Source: Cyanophora paradoxa CCMP329
Lineage: Eukaryota; Plantae; Glaucophyta
DNA length: 64,000 nucleotides
Assembly (NCBI GenBank): GCA_004431415.1
Contig: QPMI01000152.1
Location: forward strand, 124,001 to 188,000
Direction of reading: 5' to 3'
Part shown: positions 1 to 14,154 of the stretch, one piece after another
How the letters are laid out: each line of letters begins with the position of its first letter
Position numbering within the stretch: position 1 is the stretch's first letter
Translations under genes and position numbers: made by a program
Notes under the pieces: model-generated
Databases searched by the model: none
What the model saw: only the letters and a program-made list of their open reading frames with translations
What the model was told of the DNA's origin: nothing

Positions 1-685
1 GCGTCCACCGGCGTCAAATGCAGCAACGGGGTGTGCTCCGTCGCATGCGTGCCTATAAAGGCCACCAAGGTCTCGAGCCAGTGACTCGACTCGGCTAGCT
101 AGAGCGGCATCTGCTTTCACTCGTATAAGCGCTCCAGCTTCTAAAACCAGTCACGTAGCTTCTTCCTTCCGGGATTGGGTGTCAATAGTGGGTTTTCAAA
201 TTCGCAGTATCATAGTGTTTCCAGCTACAGCATGCTTTCTGAGCTGTGGCGTTTGTGTATCTTGTACAATACCTTCGTCTTGCTAGTGTCTTTCAAAGCA
301 TAAGCAGGCTTCCAGGCCGATTGGCCGCACATAATGTTCTTGATTCGTGATTTGTGTGAAATAATACTTGAGCTTTCAGATTTTGCGGGGAGCTGGCCTT
401 GGAGAGCAGTCTTAGGCGCGCGTGGCGTGAGGCAGCGGATCCTGATGAACCTATATTCAGCTGTAGAACAAAAGAGGGCAAAGTGAAGCTGGGATTGGAG
501 CTCGAAACCGTTGAACCGGAACCGCGGAGGGCGCATGCGTGGGCCGAGAAAGCTCGGCAGCCGCGAGCTGCAGCACGACACTGCAGCGCGTCGCGGCGCT
601 TGCACTCGCCGGGTCGCAAACTTGAAATGAATTTTGGAAAGGGCGGGAGAATTCAGATCTAGAGAGGCGGCAGCCCGCCGGCAGG

Positions 686-1794
686 TCACTTGCCCTTGGA
701 TGCGGAGCCGGCGCCGCCGAAGCCGGAGCCCTTCTTCTTGCGCAGGACCTTCGCTGCGGCCGCGATCGCTGCGCGTGCGCCGGACGGCGGCGGTGAGCGC
801 AGGGATCCGGAGAGACCAGGTTGGGGTCCCGGGCCCGGCGCCAGAGCGGGGCGAGGCGCGCGCACCCTCGACGTTGGGGCGCCGGATCTTCTCGCCGCCC
901 AGGGAGGCGAGCTCGTCGGCGCCCATGTAGTACCCGAGCACGCCCAGGTTGTCCGCCAGCGCGTGCCTGCCGGCGGAGCGGTGAGGCGCGAGAGCGCGAG
1001 AGCTTGAGAGCTCGAGGGCCGGCGCGCGGCCGAGAGCGAGCGCACCGCGAGCCGCAGTAGTCGCACTGGATGAGGACGGTGCCCCGCGCGATCGCCGCTG
1101 GGTTCACGTACTTCCGCACCTCGTTGTTGCATTTCTAGGGGCGCGCGGCGGCCGAGACCGATCAGCCCGGCGCTCACATGGCGCGCCGTGCGCGTGCAAA
1201 TGCGCGGCTATGCTAGCTCCAAGCTAAGCGACAGGAATGCCAGGCTCGAGCTAGCCGAGGGAAAGGAAGGGAATATGAGGGGTTTCCGAGCTTGAGCTAG
1301 AGAGTCGTGCGCCGAAGACACCTTGCATGTGAAGCTAACGAGCTGCGTGCGCCGATCTGATGAGGGCGTGGGCAGGTCGTCGGCCCGGATCACGATCTCC
1401 TCCACGGCCTCCCGCTCGACCTCCCTGGCCTCGACGTCCACAGTCGCCTGCTCCGCTGACGTCGAAGCGCTTGACTGAGAATCTGAGGCAGCTGCTGCGC
1501 GCAGCGCGTCAGCATACGCCGCACACGCGTCGTGGGCGGCTGCGCACTGGAGGGCGGCTGCGGATCGGATTCGAGGCTGGCTGAGATGCGGACTGCCGAT
1601 GACGGTCGCGCAAACGACCAGGAGCGCGCACTCGACCAGGAGCGCGCGGCTCCCTGGCCCTGCAGCTGGAACGTTCTCGACGAAGTGGGAAGCCTGGGGG
1701 CGGCCGAGCACGAGCACGCAGTTGAGGCGTTTGCGTGAACCGCGCGCGCCGACCGGGGCGCCTGGAGGCCGAGAGAGACGAACGAAGCCGACAT
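686..1794 (-). CDS. DNL-type zinc finger protein (Zim17/Hep-like Hsp70 escort), probably plastid-targeted; 5 exons
   Basis: Splicing gives FTCK|KCNNEVRKYVNPAAIARGTVLIQCDYCGSR|HALADNLG, i.e. two CxxC motifs plus the DNL motif. The Ser/Ala-rich N-terminus MSASFVSLG resembles a transit peptide. Introns are GT-AG. Confidence 0.85.
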
Positions 1795-1845
1795 CTTTGT
1801 CGTACTCCCCCCATCCAACTCGACTCGGCCTCGGGCTCGCCAGAG

Positions 1846-3140
1846 ATGGCAGCGGCTCCGGCGCCGATGCGCGTGCTCGTTTCCGGCGCGTCGGGACTCG
1901 TCGGCCGCAACCTCGTGCCGGCGCTCAAGGAGAAGGGGCACAGCGTGACGAAGCTCGTTCGAGGTCGGCCAGCAGCGGATGCAGGCGAACTTTCCTGGGA
2001 TCCGCAAGCCGGCAAGCTCGACGTGGCCGCGCTTGAGGTGCGCGGCTGCGGGCCGGGCCGACGCTAGGCGTTGTCGCCAGTGCTTCGATGACACGTTATT
2101 TAGTGCAATAAACTGATGTGCCAGCGCCTCCCGATCCCCTCTGCCGCCCCGCCTGCCGGCGCCCGACGTTCGGCCGACGTCGACGGGCGTCCGGCGCGCG
2201 CAGGACAAGGGCATCGACGCGATCGTGAACCTCTCGGGGGAGTCGATCCAGGCGCTGCGGTGGACGGAGGCGAAGAAGCGGTCCATCGTCGACTCGCGCG
2301 TGCGGCCGACGCGCCTCCTCGCCGAGAGCGCGGCGAAGATGAAGAAAGCGCCCTCCGTCTTCGTCAGCGCCGGCGGCGTCGGCGCGTACGGCAGCCGCGG
2401 GTGCGCTCTTAAGCTTCGGCCCGAGCGCTTGGGAGCGCCGGGCCGGGCCCGAGCGCGGAAGGGCGCAGGGCGGAGCCACTGACGGAGGCGGCGCCCTATG
2501 GTGCGGGCTTCCTGGCGGAGGTCAGCAGGCAGTGGGAGGCCGCCGCCGAGCCGGCCCGCGCCGCCGGCATCCGCACCGTGCGCCGTCCGGCCCACGCCCG
2601 CGGCCCCGCGGTCCGGCGGCTCACGGGGCAGCCTGGGCGGCAGGTTACGCTGCGGCTGGCGCCGGTGCTGACGACGCGCGGCGGCGTGCTGGGGCAGATG
2701 CTGATGCCCTTCTCCATGGGCCTCGGCGGCCCCATCGGCGACGGCTCCCAGCGCGCCCCGCCCCGCGCAGCTCTCCGGATCCTCCGCCCCTGAGGCTCGC
2801 CCCGCGGGGCCGCAGGTACTTCCCGTGGATCGCGCTGGAGGACGCGGTGCGGGCCTTTGCGTTCGCGCTGGAGTGCCCGACCCTCTCGGGGCCCGTCAAC
2901 GCCTGCGCGGGGGCCGTGACCAACGCCGAGTACACCAAGGCGCTGGGCGCCGCCCTCGCCCGCCCCGCGTTCCTCCCCCTCCCGGCCTTCGCGCTGCGGC
3001 TGGGGATGGGCGAGCTGGCGGAGGAGCTGCTGCTGGGCTCGCAGAACGCGCGGCCCGAGGCGCTCGTCCGCGCCGGCTTCCAGTTCCGGCACCCCGAGCT
3101 CCGCCCCGCCCTCGACCACCTCCTCCGCTCCCGCTCCTGA
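1846..3140 (+). CDS. TIGR01777 / SDR39U1-family NAD(P)-dependent epimerase-like protein
   Basis: Motifs RVLVSGASGLVG, DAIVNLSGESI...RWTEAKKRSIVDSRV, GFLAEVSRQWEAA, GLGGPIGDGSQ|YFPWIALED, GPVNACA, and SQNARPEALVRAGFQFRHPELRPAL*. Confidence 0.9.
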
Positions 3141-3436
3141 GGCGCCCGCCCCGCCCCGCCCTGCCCCGCGTCTCGGCCCTAGGCCTCCCCGCGCTGTTCT
3201 CTGGGACCGAACTGTATTTTAGCACTACTACTGCTCTGTATCTCTGATGAAAAGCTACCCTATAGGCTACAACATTACTATTATGATAGGTGTCCGTAGT
3301 AATTATTAAAATAAGCGAAACTAGGGGCGCGAAATTCAAACTGAAGGCTGCAGCTTCGAATCGATGAGTGGAGAAGAGGTATGCACAGGGCCGAGGCGCC
3401 GCGGCGTGCGGGCCCCGCCCGAGGCGCCGCGGCCGG

Positions 3437-5635
3437 CTACTCGTGGCCGCCCTCCGCGTCCGCCCCCTCGGGGAGGGGCCCCAGCCGGAAGTTCACCAGC
3501 GTGCTGCCGCCCGCCCGGGTCAGAGGGGGGGCGAGCCGGCTCGGATCGGATCGGGGCACCTGAGGAAGGCGAAGCCGAGGGAGGCCCAGAGGCAGCTCTC
3601 GAGGCGGTGGGTGTACCCCGACGAGTCGACGATGGCGCCGTACTGGTAGAGCACCCCGGAGAGGAGGGTGCCGATGAGGCGCCCGAAGGCGTTGGCCATG
3701 TAGTAGAAGCCGATGTTCATCGCGGCCTTGTCCTTGTTGCAGTAGGCGAGGATGAGGAAGGAGTGGATGCTGGAGTTGACGGCGAAGAAGACGCAGAAGA
3801 AGGAGAGGCCGACGATGGCGGCGACGGCCGTCCCCGTGAAGTCCGGCGGCTTCACGAAGCGGAAGGAGAGGGAGATGCCGAGCGTCACGAGGGTCAGGAT
3901 GGCCGTCCAGGGGATGAGCTGCCGCCCGCGGCGCATGGGGAGCTGCCCGAGGGGCTTGAGGACGAGCTGCGGGGTCCAGGACTGCACGCCCCCGTAGATC
4001 ATGATCCACACGGCGAGGAACGTCCCCGTCAGCGCGAACGGCCAGTAGAGCTGCGCCGGCGTCGGGCGGGGCGGGCGGGCCGGGGGGAAAGGGGTACAGG
4101 GCACCTCGTTGCGGAGGAAGATGGGGAGGGGGACCTCGAACCAGAGGTCGCGGGCGCCGAAGAGGAAGAAGCGCGCCAGCGAGAGGTAGTTCACGTTCGA
4201 CCCCTTGTTGAAGACCTCTGCGGTCGCGCGGCTGTGAGGCGAGGCGGCGCGCGCCGGTCCGGGAGGGGGCGGGCGGACCGCGGAGGACGATCTTCTTCTT
4301 GGAGCGGCCGAGGTTGTTGGAGACGAAGAAGACGGCGAGGGGCAGGATGAGGACGTTCATGCCGAGCAGCACGCCGAGGGCGCCGTCGAACGTCGCGTAG
4401 GCGAGGAGCAGCGAGCCCCAGAAGTAGCCCAGCCCTTTCACCGCGTTCTTGCACCCTGCCGCCGCCCCCGCTCAGGGCCTTGATCACGAACTGAAAGCCC
4501 CAGCGTTCGAGGCGGGCGGACCGGTGATGTAGGCGACGAGCTTGAAGAGGCCGTTCTTGGAGTCGTCCTTCTTGACGAGCTTCGTGACGGACTTGCCGGA
4601 GAGCTTCACCAGGTCCTTCGCAATCCCCGACCACGCCTGCATGCGAGCCCGGCCCCCGGATCAAATTCAGTTGGATCGAAAGTTTCGAATTTTTGAAGTG
4701 CTCGCCTGGCAGAAGGTAACGTATGCGATGACGCCGACGCGGCCGAAGCCGCCCTCCTCGACGCTCCCGAGGCGCCGCGGGACGGGGTACAGGAGCGCGA
4801 TGCCGAGGATCTGGCAGATGAGGCCCCAGATGAGGAGCCAGCGGAGGCCGACCTTCGAGCCCGCGATGCCCCCTGCGCAGCCGGGATTCGACGGGGGGTA
4901 CGCGGCGCGGGCGGGGGGTGCGGGGCGCACCGAGCAGGTTCGTGAACACCTGCGTTGATCACGCGCACGTGAGCGGCGGCGCGGCGGGGGGGGGCACGGC
5001 CGGGGGAGGGGTGGCGGACCCCCGTGAGCTCGTACATGGAGAACATGATGGCGATGGCGAGGGCGTCGTACTTGGCCTCGTTCAGCTTCAGGAGCACCAC
5101 CATGCGCAGGCTGCTGTCCGTGATGGTGAAGAAGAGGTACCCGAACGCGATCACGTAGCTGCCGCGGCGGGCGCAGCGTCAGCGGCCGCCGCGGCCGCCG
5201 GCGCGGACGCGCGAGGCGGGCGGGCGGCGGGGCGCACAAGTCGGTCATGGATCCCGAGCTACCCGAGGCCTCCTTCTTCTTCTCGGGCGCCGCCTCTGCA
5301 GCCGCGCGAGAAGCCGTCAGCGGCGCTCGACTCGACGGGAGCTACGAGCTTTACGGAGCTCGAACGCAGCGCGCACCAGCGCTCTTCTCGGGTTTGGCGG
5401 CTTCGAGATCTGTCGCCGATCCGTCTGATGCGATGATCTTGGTGCTCGCGAAGGGTCCAGGCGCAAGGCCGAGATCGGCAGCGGGAGCGCCGTTCGCGGG
5501 GGCGTCGTCCTTGACGACCACCTGCAAGTCCATAGCGACGGGAGGCTTGTAAGACTGCTCTTCCAGAACTGGTGCAGCGGCAGTCGGCCGTCCGATCGCA
5601 GGCGCGAGGTATGCGGGCTGCGGCTGCAACTCCAT
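3437..5635 (-). CDS. arsJ: ArsJ-family organoarsenical efflux MFS transporter, with a eukaryotic N-terminal extension (start approximate, may extend upstream)
   Basis: Spliced protein contains FTITDSSLRMVVLL, FSMYELTGVFTNLLGG, GIAKDLVKLSGKSVTKLV, LVAYITGCKNAVKGLGYFWG, VNYLSLARFFLFGARDLWFEVPLP, WIMIYGGVQSWTP and FAVNSSIHSFLI...IGFYYMANAFGRLIGTLLSGVLYQ. These match ArsJ motifs as I recall them (TDGALRML, SGIAKDLNKMSAKS, TGSKNALKG, ARLFLFGARDVWF, FAVNSSLHSYLI, GFYYMANAMGRL). Confidence 0.9.
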
Positions 5636-6449
5636 CTCGCCGCGCTCTTTCTTTGGGTCAACGTTGTATTCGCGCTTCACTTCTGCGGCGCTTCCGAAGT
5701 TGTTGAGGCTTGGCGCACGCTTCTCGCGATGGGAGTCAATCGCAACCTGGCGGCGCGCTCGGCTGGTGCTGGGAATCCTAGGATCGGGACTCGGGAGGCG
5801 CGGACTGCAGATGCTTGCCGACCTGTGGCCGCCGCAGTGAGACCGTCGGACCGAAGGGGGCTCAGCGGCCGAAGACGAATCTCAACAGCCGAATGGGGAA
5901 GGAATGTGGCTGGGGTACGCGTCGCCGACAATAGGCCGCTTCCGGAGGCGCTCCCGCTCTGGATTCGAGGCGGAGGGCCCTGGCATCAAGCCAGAACGTT
6001 GCTTTGATGCTATTATGACGCCTCATACGCGCAAAAGAGCCGCGAAAAGCCTTCCTCTGAACCGGTCTGAACGTTGAATAGGGTTCTTCGACCGACGCTC
6101 CGGGCCCAAATTCTTCTGGGGGAGGCCTGGAATCGATATAACGAACTGCTAGCATGATAACGGACCGCCTTTGATGCGTGGGAAGGCCGGAATCGTGGCG
6201 CGTATTCACGTAGATAGGAGTTTTTTTTCGCGCGTCGACTTTCTTTCCAAGTTCTGGACGCATCTCTAGACTCGCTGGTAGTCCGATTCGAGTTCAGTGA
6301 ACTTCATTTCACTCGAGCAGCCGAGCTCACTCACATCGTCGCGCTTCGGTGAGCTGCTGTAACTGCCGAGCGATGCTTGCATCCGCCGCGGTTCGTGTCT
6401 GACCGAGCGGTCGCAGCGGTCTGCTTTCTCGCACATTCTCGCCGAAAAC

Positions 6450-8257
<1,808 letters not shown>

Positions 8258-8449
8258 GCCTAGCCGCACCGCACCCCCCGAGGGGCTTGCCGGCTCGCGA
8301 TCGGCGCCGCCGGCCCTCGTCCCGCGGCCCCGGGCCCCGGCCGCGGCGGGGGCATAGCTCAGTAGCTATCTTAGTGGTCACGTACATTACAGAAGGTTCC
8401 GTTTTTGCTTTAATTTAAATGTAACTGTAACCTGTAAATTGAAAAACTT

Positions 8450-9030
8450 GAAACTGCGTGATCATATGCATGGCCGCCCGGGCGCCGCGGGCATATGCAT
8501 TGAGTACTCCTACCGTAGTACGGCCTGGCAGTTGTGTCCCTCGGGCTCCATTAAACTTGAAGCTTAAGCATTGAAGATCTGATGATCCAGAGAGGCATAG
8601 CCATGCCATGATGGCGACTGACTCTCAGTGATCATGATCATGGCCATGGTGATGTCTTGCCACTGGGCCAAGCCTTGCAATTGATCACGATCATGAAGCC
8701 TTGCCAAGTTGCAATTGCGCATGCCGCAGTGCATAATGGCAACCCCTGACAACTCGGCAACCCCTGACAACTCGCGGGTCCGACGGTCCATCGATATCAT
8801 CATGGCATGGCATGCCGCAATGCCATGCCTGATGATCATCAGATGGCCGCCACCATGGCCAGCCTGGCAGGCGCCCCGGGCCGGCGAGCCGGCTCCCGGC
8901 GCCCCGGGTCAGCCTGGGCAGCAGCCTGGCCCCGGCAGCTCGGGGCCGGGGCCGGGGCGATCAACTTGGCAATTTCGACATCCGATCATCGGATGATCGC
9001 CGAGTCCGACGGTCACCCGATTTTTCGATC
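8450..9030. repeat. Intergenic repeat relic, CATG/GATC-rich, with an 18-bp tandem duplication
   Basis: ggcaacccctgacaactc occurs twice at about 8738-8773. GTCCGACGGTC occurs within 8776-8788 and 9004-9017 and is shared with 28180-28345. No recognisable coding frame. Confidence 0.45.
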
Positions 9031-9393
9031 ATGGCATGTGGGTGCCTCGCTGCTGTGCGGCAGCCTGCCAGGGGGAATCCGCGAAGCTTAACCCTGGGAA
9101 GGACTTCAGCTTGGCAGCGTCAGCGTCGTGCAAACTTAAACAGGCTAGCCAATTTTCTGTGTTGCAATTTGTCAACAGACGAAAGCTTAAGCCTAACTGA
9201 TCGCGAGTCCTACAAAATGAATCACGGCGTATACATTTTGTTTGTTGCCTGCCAACACATAAAGTAAAGAAGCGAGCGGAAGACACTAGCACTAGCACTG
9301 GAGGACGGCTCCACACGGGACCGCCTGCTTATGAAACGGGAAAAGAAAGGGGTAGAGAGGGGCCGGCTGCGCCGAGCCTGCGGGGCCTGTCGA

Positions 9394-12300
9394 CTAGGAG
9401 CGGAGGAGGCCGAGGATGCGGCAGGCGGCGCGGGCGGCGTCCGCGCCGCGGCCCTGGCCGGACTGGGCGACGGCGACAAGGGCGCCGGCGGCCTTGGCGT
9501 TGCGCTTGATGCTCGCGGCCGCCTCCTTGGAGCCCGTGCCCGCGACGACGTTGTAGGCGAGGCAGGCGGCGATGGGCCGGAGCTCGGCGGCGACGGGCGA
9601 GTCCTGGGCGAGCCCGTGGTGGACGAGGACGTCCATGTGGCGCTGCCCGACCTGGGCCGCCACCGCGGGGCACCCCGCGAGGTTCGCCACCGCCCAGAGA
9701 GACGCCGCCCGCACGGCGCTGGGGAGGCCGGCGGTGCCGACGAGGACGACGAGGCGGGAGAGGAGGCGCTCGGCCATGGCGGCGCGGCGCGCGTCGGCGG
9801 CGGCGTCGCGCCCGCCGCGCTCCGAGGCGGCGAGGTTCATCGCCGCCCCGCCGCGCTCTCCGCATCGACGGGGACGCCCGGCAGCGGCGGCGGCGCGGCG
9901 GCGCGGCGGGGCGCGAGGGCGGCCGCCAGCGCCTCGAGGAGGCCCGGGGCGGCGACGAGGGCGGCGCGGGCGTCGGGGTGGGCGGAGAGGGCGCGGGCGA
10001 GGGCGTGCCCGGCGGCGGCCAGCTCCGGGGCCGGGGAGGCCATGAGGGCGACGAGGTCGGGGAGGCGGGCCGAGGAGAAGGCGGAGCGCAAGTGCGGCTC
10101 GGCGAGGAAGGAGCGGAGGGCGAGGGCGGCGCGGGCGCCCTTGGCCGGGTGGCGCGGGGCCGCCGCGAGCCACTCGACGGCCTCGTCGGCGCTGCGCGGG
10201 TCGGCCGGCCCGTCGGCGAAGGGCAGGCCGATGCTCGAGAGGCTCGAGAGGAAGCGGTCGAGGCCGTCGGCGGGGCCGGCGGCCGGCGCCGGGGGCGGGG
10301 GCGGCGGGGGCGGGGATGCGAGGAAGATGGGCTGGAACTCGGCGTGCGCGTGCCACTGCGCGCCGCTGCCGCTGCCCCCGGAGCTCCCGCCCCGGCTCAG
10401 CGCGCGCTGGTGGTGGTGCGGCGTGGACCGCCCCGAGGCCGCCGGCGAGGGCGAGGGCGGCGCCTGCGCCTCCGCCCGCCACGCGGCGCTGGGCGAGCCG
10501 AGCGCGGGGGCCCCGCCCCGGCCCCGGCGCGGACGAGGGCCGGGCGCTCGGGGTGCGTGCCTCGGGGGCCGGGAGCTGCGTCTCGTGCGGGAGCCCGTGC
10601 CGTCGGTGCCGGCCCCCGCGGTGCTGCTGCTCGTCGGCGTGTCGTAGAGCAGGCCCGGCATGCCGGCCATCCCCCGCGCCCCCTCCGCGCCGGCCGCGCC
10701 GCCGAGGCGGTCGAGCTTGAAGGCCTTCCACAGGAGGTCCCCCACGGCGCTCGTCATCTCCGAGAGCCACTTCTCCGCCGCCTCCGCCGCCGGCTGCGAA
10801 GCGGCGTCGGCGCGGCCCCGAAGGCGCGGCAGGGCGGGGCGCGGGGGTGACCTTGAAGCGCGACGAGGGCTCGAAGGCGAACGTGGCGCGGCCGGCGAGC
10901 GGCGCCCGCGAGGCAAAGGCCGGCGGGGGCGCCGCGGCGGCCGGCTCGTCGCCGAGCCGCAGGCTGCCTATGCCCTGGTAGGCCCCGTAGGCGGCGCCCT
11001 CGCGGCGGCGGCGGGCGGCCTGGGCGCCCCGGCAGAGCGCCGGGCCCTGGCCCTCCAGCGCCGCCGCGAGCCGCTCGACGACGCCGCGCGCCTGCGGGGC
11101 CGCCGCCATGCGCTCGAACTCGGCGAGGAGCTCCCACGGCGTCGGCCGGTTCGCCGCGTTCGGGTCCGTGCACCGGTGCACGATCGACCGCAGCGCGCGG
11201 CTCTTGATCTGCGGGCGCCCGCGCGTGAGGCCGGCGGCGGCGGCGGCGGCGGCGGCGGGGCGGGGCGGGGCGAGGCGCGGCGGTTGCGCGCACGTCATCC
11301 GTCTCCATGGAATTCGCGCCCTTGGGCGGGAGCTCGCGCGTGCACATCTCAAAGATCACAGCCCCGAGGCTCCACACGTCCGACGCCGCCGTCGGCGCCG
11401 CCCCGGAACGGACCTCTGCGCGGTTGTCAGCGCACGGGGCGCACGCGGCGGCGGCGGCCGCACCCGGGGCCATCCAGCGCTCGGTGCCCTGCAGCGGCTT
11501 GCTCGGGGACGAGACGGGCTCGTCGACCGGCGTCGGGCGCTGCGGGCGGAACGACTCCGTCTCCGCGTGCATCATCACCGACAGGCCGAAGTCGCAGCTG
11601 CCCGCGCGGGGCGTCAGCGGCTGCGCGGCGCCGCCGGGCGGAGCGCGGCGAGGGCCGCGCGGCGCACAGCTTCACGTCGAGGCGCTCGGTGAGCAGCACG
11701 TTCATGGACTTCAGGTCGCTGCGGGCGGGTCACGGCATGCGGTCGGCCGGGCGATGCGACTCGGGCGCTGCACCTGTATATGATCCTCCGGTCCAGCAAG
11801 TGGATGATGCCGCGCAGCACGCCGGCGCAGACGTGTGCGCACACGGCTTCCTCCAACGGTCCTGTCGCGGGCGTCGCTTCGGACCCCGGCGGGGCTCCGG
11901 CGGCCCGGGCGGACCGTAGGCTTCGATCAACTCGCGAAGGTTGAAGTCCATCTACGCGCACGCTTGAGCGGCCCGGCGCGCCGGCCGCGCCTCGCGCGCA
12001 CCTTTTCGAGGACGAGAAAGGGTTGCTGTTCATCGGAGCTGCAGGCAAGCAGCCTGACGATATTCTGATGATATCCAGCTTGTCTACAGATCGCGCGGTC
12101 ATAGAGGGACGAGGGACCCGCCCGCGGCAATACTTGTCTCATGAGGGGCACGCACGTAAGGACGTCGAGCTCCCGAGTGTGCGCCCGCGTCACAGCACTC
12201 AACGCTACTCTACTGCGAGACCCGTCGTGCGGCTTCTTGATCGCGCACTCGGTCGAGCCATGCAGCCTCCCCGCCCACACGTCGCTGAGACGCGTCAGCT

Positions 12301-12411
12301 GGCAAGCTGGGCCCCTGTACTAACTTTTCATGACATGCAGCATATGCACCTGAAGCCACCTTCGCCCAGGATGGCCGCCAGCTCCACCTCGGCGGGTGTA
12401 ACCGCCGTCAT
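9394..12411 (-). CDS. Ser/Thr (TKL-like) protein kinase, non-RD, with C-terminal ARM-like helical repeats (paralogue 1)
   Basis: ILGEGGFS, CAIKKP, HQNIVRLL, IIYSDLKSMNVLL, KLCDFGLS, LQGTERWMAPE, SDVWSLG and RCTDPNAANRPT. The tail carries SLWAVANLAG and ACLAYNV. Confidence 0.85.
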
Positions 12412-12588
12412 CGATCCTCCACAACGTCTGTCGGCTGCTTCTGCGCAGGCGACGCTGCTGATTGCTAGCTAAACGATATAATAGTTCGCGCGTGACAGCT
12501 GGATTACTCGCGGTGATCCCTCGTGCTCCCGTGTGGGGAGCTTGCGGGCGCTCGACCACGTAACACGTTTAGAGGGGGTACACGCGCG

Positions 12589-13732
12589 ATGACCGAGGGC
12601 TCGCAGTCGGCCGCAGTGCGGCCGCGGGAGACGCGTCCGACCGCGATAAAGCCCAGCACGTTCTTCGTCGCCTGGCAGGGCGTGCTCTCGCTTGCTTTCG
12701 AGGGCTTCGCGCCTAGCGTCCTCGCGCTCAAGCAGCGGATAGACGCACAGGGGCTGAACGGCACCGGTGCGTCCGTCGCGCGACGATAGCCGACCGACCG
12801 CTCGCCGGCTGGCTGCGTTGAGCGTCGAGCCGTAACTTCGCTGCTCGCCTGCACCTACCGGTAGCGCGCGAGCACGTCTCTTGGAGCGCTCAGATCACTT
12901 TCCGAACGCAGAGGCTCCCGGCAGCAAGTGGCCTAAAGTGGTGCGCCGCATTTGCTCGCGCGGTGGTGCTCTCGCGAGCTCGAGGCCGGCGCGCGGGCTC
13001 ACGCGGACGCGCAGACCCTCGGCTGCGTGTCGGACGGCGAGGCGCTGACGCTGGAGGAGCTGGCGGCGCTGAAGCGCGTGTGCGAGGAGATCTCGCTGAG
13101 CGACGTGCCGGCGGTGCCGCTGCGGGAGCTGCGGCTGGTGCGCTACGCCTGCCGGAGCCTTGAGAGGCGGCTTCGGGAGTGGCCCGTCTCTCTGGCGGGC
13201 GAGGAGGAGGCCGCCGCGCCGCCCCCCGAGCACCGCGCCTACGTCCAGTCCGTCGTCGCGTGCGCCCCCCTTCCCGCCCCGAGAGCCCCGCCCTGCTGCC
13301 CTTGATGACGCCGTACCCAGGGAGTTCTTGAGGGCGGAGCCCGCGGCGTACCACCCGCTCGTGGCGCGGGAGGGGAACCGCGAGGGCCACTACCGGGGGG
13401 ACTTCGAGGGGTACACCCTCGTTGCGAACCTCCCCGCCGAGCACCCCGTGCGAACGAAGATGGCCGAGTTCCGGGCCCGCGCCGACGCCGCCTGCCCCCG
13501 CAAGCTCCGCTGGTCCGCGGTACCCCTGCGCCCCCGCTCGGCTCGGCGGCGGGCGACGGGCGGGCGGGGGGCGGGGGGCAGGTTCGCGGGGCGGGCGCTG
13601 CACTGCACCGTGCGGGCGCTCACGGAGGAAGGGGCGCGCGCCCTAGTCGCCGAGCTGGCCCCGGCCCCCGCCCCGGCCGCGGGGCCCGCCCCGCCCGCCT
13701 CCCCCGGCTCCGGCTCCTTCCCCGCCGACTGA
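12589..13732 (+). CDS. Conserved uncharacterised protein, possible 2H-phosphoesterase fold
   Basis: Spliced sequence FFVAWQGVLSLAFEGFAPSVLALKQRI...EAPGSKWPKV|TLGC...GHYRG...ALHCTVRAL, with consistent GT-AG junctions and coding-like codon use. Confidence 0.65.
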
Positions 13733-14154
13733 GGGGCCGAGGAGCCCTCGGAAGCACCCCTCAGGCGCTGCCTTCGGCTCGGGCCCTCGAGCTCGGATCG
13801 ACGCCGGCCACCCTCTCTCTGTTGCCGCGCTGGATCGGACGTCCGTCGGACTCGGACCCTTCTGCGTTGGACTGCTCGGCCCGCGGCACGGCGCACCCCG
13901 CGGCTCACGTGGCTCTGTTCTCTGTTCGATGACATGTACAAGAAGGACTCGCAGGGGGCGGAAAGGGCTCAACTGCACGGCGCGGGGGAAGGGAAAAAGG
14001 CGCGCGCGGCGATCTCAGTAACTGTATAAAGTAATTACTTTACGAAACGAGATGCATATGGGAGGTCCCGGATCGGAGGCGAGAGCGGGCCGTCGCTCGG
14101 CCGGCGCGGCGCCACGGATAGGAGCGGGAGCTCTGGGCTAGGGCGCGCGCGGGG

